Of a DNA stretch of 64,000 nucleotides, positions 25,930-38,990 are shown piece by piece; position 1 is the stretch's first letter; each line of letters starts with the position of its first letter. The position numbers and the translations under genes were made by a program. The stretch is from Octopus sinensis. Lineage: Eukaryota. The stretch is from contig NC_042998.1 in the NCBI RefSeq assembly GCF_006345805.1, forward strand, positions 139,810,001-139,874,000. Reading direction: 5' to 3'. The notes beneath the pieces were generated by a model, which saw only the letters and a list, made by a program, of their open reading frames with translations, was not told where the DNA came from and made no database searches.

Positions 25930-26150
25930 TCTATTTCCTTATTACCCTCAAGGGGCCAAACAAGGACAGACAAACGGATTAAGTCGATTACATCGACCCC
26001 AGTGCATAACTGGTACTTAATTTATCGACCCCAAAAGGATGAAAGACAAAGTTGACCTCGGCGGAATTTGAACTTAGAATGTAACGACAGACGAAATATG
26101 GCTATGCATTTCGCCTGACGTGCTAACATTTTCTGTCAGCTCGCCACCTT
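25930..26150 (-). mobile_element. SINE family B (young subfamily)
   Basis: CpG-retaining core atcgaccccaaaaggatgaaagacaaagttgacctcggcggaatttgaac. Confidence 0.8.
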
Positions 26151-27528
26151 AGATCTTCATCATCATCATATAAAATCTATTTTCCATGCTGGCATGAGTT
26201 GGATGGTTCAACAGAAACTGGTGAGCCAGAGGACTACATCAAATTCAAATGTCTGCTTTGGCATGGTTTCTACAGTTGGATGCCCTTCCTAATACCAATC
26301 ACTTTACAGAGCAATCTGTGTACTGTATACTTTTTACATGGTACCAGCACTTGTGAGGTCAGCAAGTAACTTATAAGACAAGGCCCCTCATCTGAAATGG
26401 GAGCAGTATTGAGGGAGGCAGCTTTATGCCAGGTGATGAAGTGCTAAAGTATGATAGGGGAACAGGATCAGGTGTCTTGCTGTAAGGTAGATTCGGGATT
26501 ACCTGAGTTAGAAAAGGAGGATGATGGTGAAGATGTGTCAAGGTGCACCCTCAAGTTACATTAGCACTCTGTCACTTATGACTATGAGGGTTCCAGTTGA
26601 TCCAATCAACAGAACAGCCTGCTCATGAAATTAACATGCAAGTGGCTGAGCACACCTCAGACATACATACCCTTAATGTAATTCTCAGGGAGATTCAGTA
26701 GAACACAGAGTGTGACAAGGCTGGCCCTTTCAAATACAGGTACAATTCATTTTTGCCAGCTGAGAGGACTAGAGCAACATAAAATGAAGTGTTTTGTTCA
26801 AGGATACAATGTACCACTGAGAATCGAACTCACAACCATACGATTGTGAGCTGAATACCCTAACCACTAAGCCATGCATCTTCATTGTAACCCTCTGTTA
26901 CCCTCAAGTTACAGAAAGATGAATATAGAGAAATGGTAGAGTGAGTAAGTAGGTTTGTGGGAATGTTCCACAATAAAGACAATGCTATATTATTTGTCCT
27001 TCAATCCAAAGAGAACAAATTGACCAACCTAGAGTGACCAGGTATTATGAGTCACTGGATGGCTAGTTCCTGCAATCTATTGCACAGAAGTGTCTTTGAC
27101 AATGTGGACAAGGAATGCAGCCAATAACAGGAGATACAATGATATTTTCCTTTCTTACATGTCTGCAATGCATAGCTGCAGTCACTCTGCATTTTGTATG
27201 CCTCAAGCATGTCTTGAAACCCTTACAGACTGTTGTGCACCATTCTTTTCAGTCTAGGCCTATCTGCTTTCACTCTAGGGTTGATGTTGAAGCTAGGCAG
27301 ATCATGGACGGTAGTTCACATGCCAGATCATTGGCTTCTAAAGAAATTGTTATAAACAGGTGAATTTCAGTATGGTAACTGATCCTAATGAGGCCAGAAA
27401 ATGCATTTCCAAGACAGACTGAAAACTTTAAGCTTAATTGGAACACAGAACAGCTTTTGTTAGAAATGCTATTTAAATGAATGCTTTGTTTAGTTGAAAT
27501 GGTTCCCTTTTTTATCATTGATCTATTT

Positions 27529-27822
27529 CAGGGGTTCCCAACTGGGGTCCACAGAAGCTTTAAGTCCATGAGTAAAAAACTGTAATTTGTGGGTCCACAT
27601 ATAAATTTTGTTTACTAGGAGAGGTACCTGTATTTATTGAAAGTTTCAAGATTTGTATTTGCAATTTATGCTATGAATATAACAAAATTCTTTCATTATT
27701 AGTTTTTACTAACCTATAAACAAATATTTTATTTAAAAAATTTACATGTGCATATATGGGGTCCACAGATGATAAGATAGCTCTCAGGTGGTCCACAAGC
27801 AAAATAAGGTTGGGAACCCCTG
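27529..27822. mobile_element. hAT (Charlie-like) MITE
   Basis: TIR caggggttcccaac / gttgggaacccctg with a perfect 8-bp TSD atctattt. Confidence 0.9.
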
Positions 27823-28757
27823 ATCTATTTGATAAGATCTTTAACAAGAGGATGATTTAACAACCACAGCAGCAATGTGAGAGTGATCCTTGATAGGTTT
27901 GTTTGGCTTTCTAGAAATAACAACCAAATCTCCTTTGAATTACTCCTTACCATTATAAAGGAAAAGGACGAAGAGGGTGAAAGGAATGAGAGAGAAGTGT
28001 GAAAATAAAGAGTGAAAAGAAGGAGAGAGAAGTATGGAAATAAGGAAAAAAGGAGAGAGAAGTATGGAAATAAGGAAAAAAGAAAGAAGAGGAAAGAGAA
28101 ATCAAACTAGGTAATTCTTTTTTAAAACTTGGTGATTGGAGTGTCTGGAAATAGGACAAGAAAATAAGGAACACCAAAGTCATGTCATTATACAGCGTGA
28201 TAAGAGAAGGGAAATACATGCTGTCAAATGATAACGGCAAAGGTGAGACAGTTGGTGAGAAGGAAAAAAAAGAAATAAAAAGGCTGCTATTTTGAATGGG
28301 GAGTGGAGAGGGTGGGGTGGGGTGGGGGTCATACTAGCATGTTCCAGAAATTCTTGCCACTATCTATCATGCCTCCCTCTACACCCAAAATATAAAATAC
28401 ATTTTATGTTGTAGATGAACTTTTTATTTCCCCTCTGGGTTTCCATTCTAATTTTCAGTTGACATTCTTTTTCATTCACCTTGGAATATTATTTACTTCA
28501 AATTTGTTCTGCTTTCTCCCCATTCTAATCTAGTCAGGTCTTCTGGGTTTTTTTTTCCTCCTGTTTTCCTTTTTTTTCCTTTTCTCTTTTTTTTTTTTTT
28601 TTCACTTTTGCAAGATTCACAACCTCTGAAGATCTCCCCCCACCCACTGTCTCTCTTTTTCATTCATTTTTATCTTGATTCTACTGTATGTTCTATAATC
28701 TTTTCCTTTCGTTCACTATCTATCTTTCTATCTCACATATACATTCTTGTGCTCACA

Positions 28758-28798
<41 letters not shown>

Positions 28799-29047
28799 AC
28801 ACACGTGTGCATGCACACACACACATACACACACACGTGTTCATGCACACACACACGTGTTCATGCACACACACACACACACACACACATACACACACAT
28901 ATACACACATGCACGCATGCACACACACATGATTCAGAAAACATTTTATTTGTATATCATTAACACCAGCTCTGCTATCTTACTCTATGTGTGTGTGTGT
29001 GTGTGTGTGTGAGTGCACATGCGTGTGTGTGTATGCACACATATATA

Positions 29048-29275
29048 AAGGCAGTGAGCTAGCAGAAACGTTAGCACGCTGGGTGAAATGCTTAGCAGTA
29101 TTTCATCTGCCGTTATGTTCTAAGTTCAAATTCCGCCAAGGTCGAATTTGCCTTTTATCCTTTTGGGGTCATTTAAATAAGTACCAGTTATGCACTGGGA
29201 TCGATGTAATCGACTTAACCCCTTTGTCTGTTCTTGTTTGTCCCCTCTATGTTTAGCCCCCTGTGGGCAATAAAG

Positions 29276-29278
<3 letters not shown>
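29048..29278 (+). mobile_element. SINE family B
   Basis: Head aaggcagtgagctagcagaaacgttagc and Meta-like core. Confidence 0.8.
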
Positions 29279-29323
<45 letters not shown>

Positions 29324-30731
29324 GTGTGTCTTCTTACAAGTTAGAAAGACCCCCTTCATGGGGACTTAACACCCACAATTTAGTCATTTTATCTAAGCAA
29401 AGACAAATACAGTTGTACTCTTGGAAGCTGTAGGGTCACCTGAGCATAAAAGATGAGCATTATTTGTAATTCAATGGTACAACAGTGTAACAATTTGCTT
29501 TGACATACACTTACACTGTGATTTCTGCAATGTGCTACATAAATTGTCAAGTAAATGAGAGGCATCTTTGCTTCCACTGATTCAGTTGCAAAGTGTTGAG
29601 TAAAGTTATTTGATTGCAGACCTCCTTTCAGTCTTTTTATTATCACTGGGTTACACATAGTCCCCAGATGGTAACATTGATTTCAAGGCCTTCCCAGATG
29701 AGTGACTGGTTATTCAAAGACATTTATAGATTGTAAAATTATTCTGTCCAGTTACTTATCAATATATTGCTCATTTGCAAACTTCAACTTTCATTTCTCC
29801 TTAGCCATCACGTCACACAGTTGTTAATGTTTATTTCAGTTGGGTCATGCCCTTCCAATTGCTATAGATTCGTAATGCATCTTACGGCTGTGCCTGTCAC
29901 CTGGATGGTGAGGAAATACTACATTGGGAGTGGTAACGACTAGGGTACTGTAGCTGACTGCTTATTGTGATCATTCATCTTTTGGTTTCCTGTAGCTTTG
30001 CTCTCTTTTACAAACCCAGTGAACATATATTTCCTATTTCAAAGAAATTCAAACAATAGATATAGGACTCAAGTTAAAAAGATTCTCAACAATTCAACTT
30101 CTCTGGTTGACATTAAGACACCCACCCCCAATAGGGGCCTTAACTCTCACATTTTAGAGCTCCATGACCTTCATTTTTCAGGTGCAAAATCCTTTTAACT
30201 GGTTCTATAAGAATGGAATTTTGGAATATGCACATAAAAATCAGTAGTATGGGATACATATGGCACGATTACAATTTTTTTAGGGTGTCTAAAGAGGTAA
30301 ATAACCCTCATCTACAATTTTGATGAAATTCGAAACATAGGTATTCTAGTTCATCACAGAAAATATAACAAAAAAGCCTAATTCTTCAATTGCATGTAAC
30401 ACAGGCAATGCTGGGTAACCCTGCTAGTATATGTATATACATATGTACACACACATATATATATATATCTATATGCACACACACACACAAATGCACACAG
30501 ATGCACACTGATGCACACACATGTACACAAAGAAACAAACAAAAAGAACGCAGCTCTAATAATGGACAGAGTCAATGATTATTGAAAATGTTGCAAGATG
30601 CAACAAAAATTTTACAAAAAATAAATGAGTAAATGAGTGGCAATCGAATTGTTGAGTGTATTAAATAATAAGGCACTAAAAAAGAATGACTCTCTTCAGA
30701 CACAATAATATAAATATATATGTATATGTTA

Positions 30732-31052
30732 AGGTGCATGGTTCAGTGGTTAGAGTATTGAGCTTATGATTGTAATGTTGTGAGTTCGAATCCCAGACTG
30801 GGCTGCATGTTGTGTTCTTGAGCAAGACACTTTATTTCATGTTGCTCCAGTTCACTCAGCTGTAGAAATAAGTTGTCAACCTGTATCAGCCTTTGCCTTT
30901 CCATTGGATAACACTGGTTGTGTAGAGAGGGGAGGCCAGTATGCATGGGCGACTGCTGGTCTTCTATAAACAACCTTGCCTGGACTTGTGTCTTGGAGGG
31001 GAACTTTCTAGGTGCAATCCTATGGTCAGTCATGACTGAAGGGAGTCTCAGC
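30732..31052 (+). mobile_element. tRNA-derived SINE family D
   Basis: A box tggttcagtggttag, B box gagttcgaatccc, central gtgttcttgagcaagacactt; relatives on the minus strand near 25190-25610, 26565-26885 and 53070-53230. Confidence 0.75.
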
Positions 31053-31079
31053 ATATATATATATATATGTATATGTATA

Positions 31080-31430
31080 CCGTAAATCCTTGAGTATAAT
31101 ACGCAGGGGATTTTTAGGGGGCTGTACCTCTGAAAAACCTAAACCTTGTGTATAATACGTACCCCTTATCTAACTTGAGTCAAGGAGGTCTATATAACGT
31201 CCTTGGTTTGTAAAAAGGTATACGGTAACGTCCTTTATCATTATTGTATATATAACATGATGCAAACATTTAGCTTTTTTGTGCATTTTGTTTGCAGAAA
31301 ATAAAGAAATAACAGTAATAACATTTAATAAATGTTGCTTGCTGCAAGTTATGGATGATTCTTTTATGAACTTATTGCATTGGGGCTTAGCTTAAGGTAT
31401 TTTCGCACCCAACATCACAAACTGCGTCTG
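31080..31430. mobile_element. Tc1/pogo-type transposon end fragment
   Basis: TA followed by ccgtaaatccttgagtataatacgca with a repeated gtataatacg subterminal motif; other end not found. Confidence 0.45.
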
Positions 31431-33639
31431 AATTGTAATCATGCCAGGCAAAATGCTTATTGGTATTTCATTTGTTGTAATGTTCTGAGTTCAAATTCCA
31501 CCAAGGTCGACTTTGTCTTTCATCCTTTTTAGGTCGATAAAATAAGTACCTGTTGTACACTGGGTCAATGTAATCAGCTTACCCCCTCTCCTGAAATTGC
31601 TGATCTTGTGCCAAACTTTGAAATCAATATAATTGTAATTAAATATTTTAGCATTAAGCCATGTATCTCTTCTTCAGCAAGACACTGGTTTAAGATCTTG
31701 TCTTGTGAATTACTTAGTGATTTGAATAGTGTCAATGCTAAGAAAAAAATCTCCCAGTACACTCTGTAAAGTAGTTGGTACCAGGAAGGGCATCCAGCTA
31801 TAGAAACCAAGCCACTGGGGCTTGGTGCAGACCTCTGGCTCACCAGCTGATGATGATCCCATGGAAAGCAGACATTAATGTTACTACATATTGAAAACAT
31901 TTAAGTTGACTTATATAGGCTCACCACGTTAATCTGTAATGATTGGTTAACATACCTACCATATGAGTTGTTGGACAGTTGTTGAGTCCTGTGATATGAT
32001 TGGTTGAGTATTGCATAGGAATTAGATCAAAGGTCCAATCACATTGCATGTAATATATTTCAAACAACTAATCTTGTATCTGTTCTGAAGCCTCTTTTTT
32101 TCCATTTGATATGACAAATTATTTACAAGTCAGAGGGGTGAGAGTTTTTTCATCAAGGTGAGTTATGCAGATCCTGCCATTTTCAGAGAAGAATTAATAT
32201 ATAATGGAGCCCGTATAACCAGTGATGATCCAAGCTGAATTATCAAAATGATGGGGGAACAACAACCAACAGAATTTGTAATGTTTCTTGCTTTGATCCT
32301 TTGTACCATTTTACGAAGGAATAAAGTCCCACTGTTATTTTAAAGTTGGTTTCTTTTGTTATTTCTATGAATAAACCTGGAAAATATATTATACAATGAT
32401 ATATATGATTCTTGAGTAAAACCAAGGGAGTCTTTAAAGCAATGTAAAACTAGTATAATTTATTTTGGCAGGGAAAAAAATTTGATAATGTTGGTAGAAT
32501 AAATTTGGTCAGTGTCAGTAACCTGCAAGTTGAAACATGTTCAGATATATGTTCAGACATGAGAATATTGTCATTCTCAGGAATGACAATAATCCCATGT
32601 AACTCCAAGTCAGTCTGCTTGTAAATTCCATAGCGCTAGCAGTTAGGGTGTGTATGGCTTCTTGTTGGTACTAGACCTGTGTTATGTTCATATAGACAAA
32701 GAAAGGTATATCAAATACCAAACAATACAAGTTCTTGATTTATTAACATTATCCCTGCCTCTAGGAGATGTATCACTAAATGACAATAAGGGGAGATAAT
32801 CTCAAGAGTGAAAAATTCTCCAAGTTGACATGCCATTAAAGAAAAGGACAGGCTTATTGTCTAAAGATAAAATGTGAATCTCTCTACAGCACATGTGACA
32901 ACAATGGAAAAAAAGACAGTCATGGACTCATGTTTCTGACTATTGTGGAAGTTTGCTGGGCTCTAGAAAAACCTTTGATGTACATAATTTTTTTCTACAG
33001 CTCATCAAGTTTGTAGAGAGCATTCAGGGCTAAGGTATGTAGACCAGTGGGGGAAGGGTGCAAATCCAGCAGTGCAGCCAGAAATGAGTGAGGGAAGCAT
33101 TTATGTGCTGAGAGCACTCAATAATCTTGTATGTGTACTTTTACCTAGATGAACAAGGAGGGAATTAGAAGAGAGGGGGGTGATGTCAGAAGATCTGGAC
33201 AGAAGAGAGAAGCAGTAGTATGAGGGAGACAGTAAGTTTCTTTTTGAGTGGAGTCAGGATGTGTGTGTGTGTATGTGTGTCTGTGAGTAATTAGACCTGT
33301 TCTTAGTAGGGACAATAAAGGTTTCAAACTTTGGCACAGGGCCAGCAGTTTTTTGAGGGGAGAGGTTAGTCACATTAATCTCAGTACTTGACTGCTACTT
33401 ATTTTATCAACCAAAAAGACAAAAGGCAAAGTTCGCCTCAGGGGAATTTGAACATAGAAAATAAAGATGGATGAAATGCCACAATGCATTTTGTCTGGCA
33501 TGCTAATGATTCTGCCAGTTCACCACCTTGTGATAGGGACAACAATAAAAAAATGAAGTTAGAGAATGAATGATGAGGATCTTTGAAGTTAGAGGTTTGC
33601 TTATCTGAATTTTTCCATTGTTGTCACATGTGCTCTAGA

Positions 33640-34260
33640 GAGATTCACTTAACTTGGAAGTACAGTATCAAGGAACGTTCACAGTGATGATGAAGTGAAT
33701 GCAAGAATAGTAAAAGCTCTGCCTTTTGATGTCTTCATCACAAGGTTTGGAAAAAGTCATTGTCGGTCTATAAAAATAAAATGTGACATATACAAAGCTG
33801 TCATCATGACTACACTACATTATGGTTATGAAACCTGAATAGTTTATCAAAGACATGTCAAAAACCTTGACTACTTTCACCTAACATATCTGCAAAACAT
33901 TCTTAACCTCGATTGGTGGGATAAAATTCTCAATACAAGTGTGCCTGAGAGAGCTAATATGTCAAGCATGTATGTTTTCCATAGTAAATTCCAGCTGTGG
34001 AGGGTCGGAAATGTAATGCGCATACCTGACTTCAGACTCCCCAAACAGATTTTCTTTGATGAACCTGCAGTTGGCTTTCAGTTACATGCAGGTTCATCAA
34101 CTAGCATGTGAACCACTGAGAGTGAAGGACCCCTAATTCTTGTTAGAATTTCCTTCTAAGAGAAAGTAAGCTCATTTGAAAAAAAACCTGAAGTGCACTT
34201 GGTTTCTGGTCATCTCAACCTCTGTTGTGCCACTTGTGTTATAGCCAACTGTGCTGAAAT
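33640..34260 (+). mobile_element. Degenerate RTE (BovB-like) LINE, RT C-terminal region
   Basis: FT*LGSTVS...DDEVNARI; IYKAVIMTTLHYGYET*; LDYFHLTYLQNIL; GNVMRIPDFRLPKQIF. Confidence 0.85.
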
Positions 34261-37200
34261 GTTCATTCAGTGCTTTGCAACACTTTCATCATCAACATTT
34301 AATTTCTATTTTCCATGCTGGCATGCATTGGACAACTTGACTGGAGCTGGCAAGACCAGAGGCTGCACTGGGATTCCATAGTCTGTTTTTGTTTGGTTTC
34401 TACAACTGGATGCCCTTCCTAATACCAACCACTCCACAGAGTGTGCTGGGTGCTTTTTATGTGACACCATTACCAGTACTTTTTACATGTCACCAGCAGC
34501 CATGCCAATGCCTTTTACATGGCACTTTGGTTTCGGGATCTCAGTTCTGTTGTGGTGAGAGGGTCGTCTTGAGTACAGCAATGCACCACATGTCTCAGTC
34601 CTCTGCCATCTCCTTCATATGGTTCAGTGTTCTGAGATCGGCCTTCAATATTCACCCCATGTCTTCCTGGGTCTCCCTCTTCCACAACTTATCTCCACTT
34701 TAATGGATTGGCATTTCTTTGTGCAACTTTATCCACTCAAAGCAAATTCATGCACAGGAACTTCTTGGACTCTTGGAACATTTGCATAGACTTACTGAGT
34801 TTAGGAAGTGGTCTTACTTGGTCACAAGTCGACTTCCACCATATATGTATGTATATATGTGTATATTAAGCACATGACCTATTTCTTAGTGTGTTTGGCT
34901 CATGGTCATCCAGTTGTAGCACTAGCATAGCTAGAGTGTGTGCTGCCTGTGGTGGTCCTTCAGTTTGCCACCCCTGGGCCCTCACAAAAAATACATAATG
35001 CCTACAGCTGACCCAAAAGTGGCGCTACTCCAATAAAAGTGCCATGTGGAGTGGACCACTCTCTCTGTTCCCCTCTAGCTATGCTGTGTCCTTCACCAAG
35101 TTACTTCATTTCACACTGCTTCATTCTACTCTCCTGAAAATAAGCACCAATTAACTACTGGCCAGTCCTTTCTCCCACCAGTGGTCACATCCTGATTTTC
35201 TGCTAGGTCAAGAGTGGAGGGTTGAGCAGTCATCTCTGTCTGCTCATGATTACATAGGTATCTAAGACCACTAACAGAAGCATGGTCTGAATTCCTACCC
35301 CATTTCTCACCATTTCTTACTTTCCATTACTATCTCTATCCAGCCCCTCTTCCTGTTCTTCTGCCCACCTCCCTCTCTAGGCCCACCTCAACACCTTGTC
35401 AACACCATCTTAATTTCTCTTTCTTTGCTCCTCATTCAATACATTCACACTCCTACCCTACTTCTTTTCATCCCTCACTTTCTCTATACACCCTTGCCAT
35501 CTTTATACCCTCTTCTTGTTCTTCCACACACACACAATCTCCCCATAACACCTCACCACCATCTTTATCTTTTTTTCCAGCTCCATACCAATTATCCCAC
35601 CCACTCTTATATAATATGAGCAGCTATGTATCCATCCTGGCCCCTTCCTTCATCATCCAGCATAAAGCTGCTACCCTCTATACTCTAGTCCCTTTTAGCT
35701 GATGGGGATCTTAGTTTTTCAGGTGTACATGGCAACCTTACTAGAGTTTTATGCCATGAAACAAAAACATCCAGTACATGCTATTATATGGTTGGTTGGC
35801 ATGAGGAAGGGCTTCCAGCTGTAGAAAACCACAAAAAGGACATAGGAGCACAATGCAAGCCTCTGATCACTTGGTTTTTATTTATCAAATTGGTCAACCT
35901 ATTCCAGCATGTAAGATGAATAATAATGATGATGATTCTTTGACCCTGCAAAACATTGAGGATATGACAGCTGGAGGGAAACATGGTTACACAAACATTC
36001 AGTTAAAACACAACTTCGGCTAAGTTTTAACTGTAACAAAATGAAATGACATGCCTTACTCAAGAACACAATATGTCACTCAGCCTAGGAATTGAACACA
36101 CGATCTTATGATCATGAGTCCAGTACACGCCATAGCTTTCTGCTATGCTTTCTGATTGCTTGTGTTTTGTTTTACAACATGTCTTATTTTGAGGTCAACT
36201 GCTGAACAGTGGGTGTCCAGCTGATCTGAGGGTCCTGCAATGACCCCCAATATTCTTTTCTACTTTAGGCACAAGACTTGAAATTTGATTAGATTGACCC
36301 CAGTACACAACTGATACTTTATTTATCGACCCCAAAAGAATGAAAGGCAAAGTCGACCTTGGCGGAATTTGAACTCAGAACGTAAAGACAGACAAAACAT
36401 CGCTAAGCATTTCACCCTGTGTGCTAACATTTCTGCCAGCTTGCTGCCTTGCAATGACCACAATATTGTCTGTGAATAAAAGGTGTGTTAGTAGTTCTTT
36501 GTTGATCATTGTTGATGTTGATAACACCATTCCAGTCAGTGTCTCTGATGGCTATTTAGAAATATGCAGTGAGGACTTTGGAGAGATGGTAACTCATTGT
36601 GTGACAACTGGAACTCTTATGAATGCTAGGTAGTGGCAGCAGAATTATCTTGGTAATATATATATCCCAAGTTCAGTTCCCTAGGAAATTTGATGTATTG
36701 TACCTTAACTCCTTGCATCTCCGGAGGCTTCAGCACTGCAGTCACCTTTATGCTGTTGAAAGCCTTTTCATAATCAATGAAGGGGATGCAAATATATATA
36801 TATATATATATGTGTATGTATGTGTGAGTCTTTCCAGTCCTATCTTGTCTTTCTAATATCTCCTTCTTTGTTCCCCTTTTTCAATTCATCCCTGCCTTGT
36901 TTCATCATTATATGTATATATTTGTTGTTCATTTCTTTCTCTTTCCTTGTTCTGCCCACCTTTATACTCTCTCTCTCTCTCTCTCTCTCTCCCTCCCCAC
37001 TTATTAATTTCCTTTTGTTCTCTCTTTTCTGCTCCTCCCTCATATTTATGACCCCCTCTTTCTCTTCTCTTTTCTTTTTAGTCCACCTTTTTTCTCATTC
37101 TTCTATTCAACTCCTTATCATCCCCCCCATTCCATTTTACACACACACATATGAGAGATAAATATAGATACAAACACATATTCATACACACACATATACA

Positions 37201-38318
37201 CATGTTCTGCTTGTTTCTTTCCTAATTCTCACTACCACCACCACCCCAATTTGTTACCAATTCTCTTTCTATCTCCCACCACCACTCAATTCATTTTTAC
37301 CTCTTCTTTTTCCTCCTCCCTCTCCCTCTCACTTCCCCCTTTACCTCTCTTTTTTTTCACAGTTTCCAAATTTACTTCAAAGACACAGAACACAGCTATA
37401 TAGCCACCCCACCTTTTTCTTTTCTCTCTAGTACATTTATCTCCCACCTTCTGTTTCCCAACACTCAGGCTACCCCCAACCCTTTTTTTCTTGAATTAAT
37501 TTTTCTATTTCAGTCCTTTTGTTTTTATATATTTGATTTTTATATTTATTTGTGTTTTTTTTAAAATTATTTCTTTTCATATATTCATTTCATGTATTGA
37601 TCCTTATTTGTGAATTTTGAGAAAAAAAAAAACTTACTACTACTACTACTACTTTCATGTTTACAAAAAAAAACACTTTTGCATAATTTCAAAGGTGAGG
37701 GGGTATGCTGCTTGTTGGTTATTTTTATGTGTGTATGTATAATATTCTGTACATAATATCATACATGCATACACACTCACACTCATATGCACACACACAC
37801 AAACACACACACACAAACAAGCTCACACTGATGCATACACACACACCACACACACATACTCATACATACACAGACTTTCATATAAACAACACACACACAC
37901 AACACACATATACACACTCATACACATACACAGACTTTCGTATAAACAACACACACACACACTCATACATGAGCATAGAAGCCACCCCTAACCTGCCCAT
38001 ATATATGTATATATATATATATTGCTTAAAAAACAATTTTTTTTTTTAGATCTTTTATTTTTCTAGTTTTTAAAGAGTTTTTGTCTTTTATTCTTCCTCC
38101 CCATTCAGCAGTGCACTAACACACAAAGCATTACCACAAAACGATTGCCAAACCAATTTGTTGCCTTGAAGTAGAAGCCACTTCACCCATCACTTCAACT
38201 ATCTTTACCCCAATACCATTAAAAAAAAGCTTCATTGATTTACTAGTGAAACCAGTTGTTTTCATCACTAGTTCAAAGCTAAATGTGTCTAGCAGTGATG
38301 AGTATTTGTACTGCTTAC

Positions 38319-38426
38319 TTCCCTTGGCCCTCATCACAGCATTCGATAACTGGTTCACAGCCTCTGAGGTGTGACTAGCAGTGATAGACAGAATCGGTGA
38401 TTGTAATATTTCAGACCAATGAACAG
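38319..38426 (-). CDS. Internal coding exon of an unidentified minus-strand gene (xVHWSEILQSPILSITASHTSEAVNQLSNAVMRAKG)
   Basis: Acceptor ttttctatttgctctcag, donor GTAAGC, 108 nt, phase 1-1, only one open frame, non-repetitive sequence. Confidence 0.7.
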
Positions 38427-38523
38427 CTGAGAGCAAATAGAAAACAGGTGATTCCATGTAGGTATTTGCAAATCTCCATGACCTAATGTGGTGTACTCTA
38501 AGATCACCAATATGCCCATAGAC

Positions 38524-38704
38524 CACTAGCATAGCTGGTGGTAGTGATGGAAGGCATAGGGGTGGTCCACCCTGGGCAGCACTTTTCATCCTGTTGTAGG
38601 CTATTGCTGTAGGCTATTGCTGTAGGCAACGTGTTTTATGTGGGATCCAGGAGCAGCAAACAGAAGGGTTGCCCCAGGCAGCACACACTCTAGCTACTCT
38701 AGTG
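38524..38704. mobile_element. hAT-type MITE about 100 bp from the 38426 splice acceptor
   Basis: TIR cactagcatagct / agctactctagtg; TSD ccatagac/ctatagac. Confidence 0.75.
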
Positions 38705-38775
38705 CTATAGACATCAGGCGTCTGTTGAATATTTTGTTTAATTTCACATCAGGGACATTGGGCATTCTACTTTTA

Positions 38776-38990
38776 TGAGGGGGTGGTGAAAAGTTCTTGG
38801 CTTTGGGTAAAAGAAAATATGGGAGGATCAGTTAATTATGACTTTATGCAACATATTCCTCTCTCAGACTCACACTTATTGCAGCAGTCCTTTAGTTTTT
38901 CTAAGTCCTGTAAAAGAATTCAGAAGGTTGGGTCTCCAACCAGGCCTTTCACGATACCCTTAAAGCAAGGAACTTTTCAGCACTCCCTCA
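38776..38990. mobile_element. Mariner-derived MITE
   Basis: TA-flanked TIRs tgagggggtggtgaaaagttcttggcttt / aaagcaaggaacttttcagcactccctca; partial second copy at 39908-39983. Confidence 0.85.

Noticed and set aside
26960-27500. Non-SINE stretch with short ORFs, possibly an L1/Tx1 C-terminal relic
   Set aside because: Too degenerate to assign; no clear motif or splice pattern.
30732-30800. tRNA-like A and B boxes (also in family A and B heads)
   Set aside because: No complete cloverleaf; they continue into SINE bodies.
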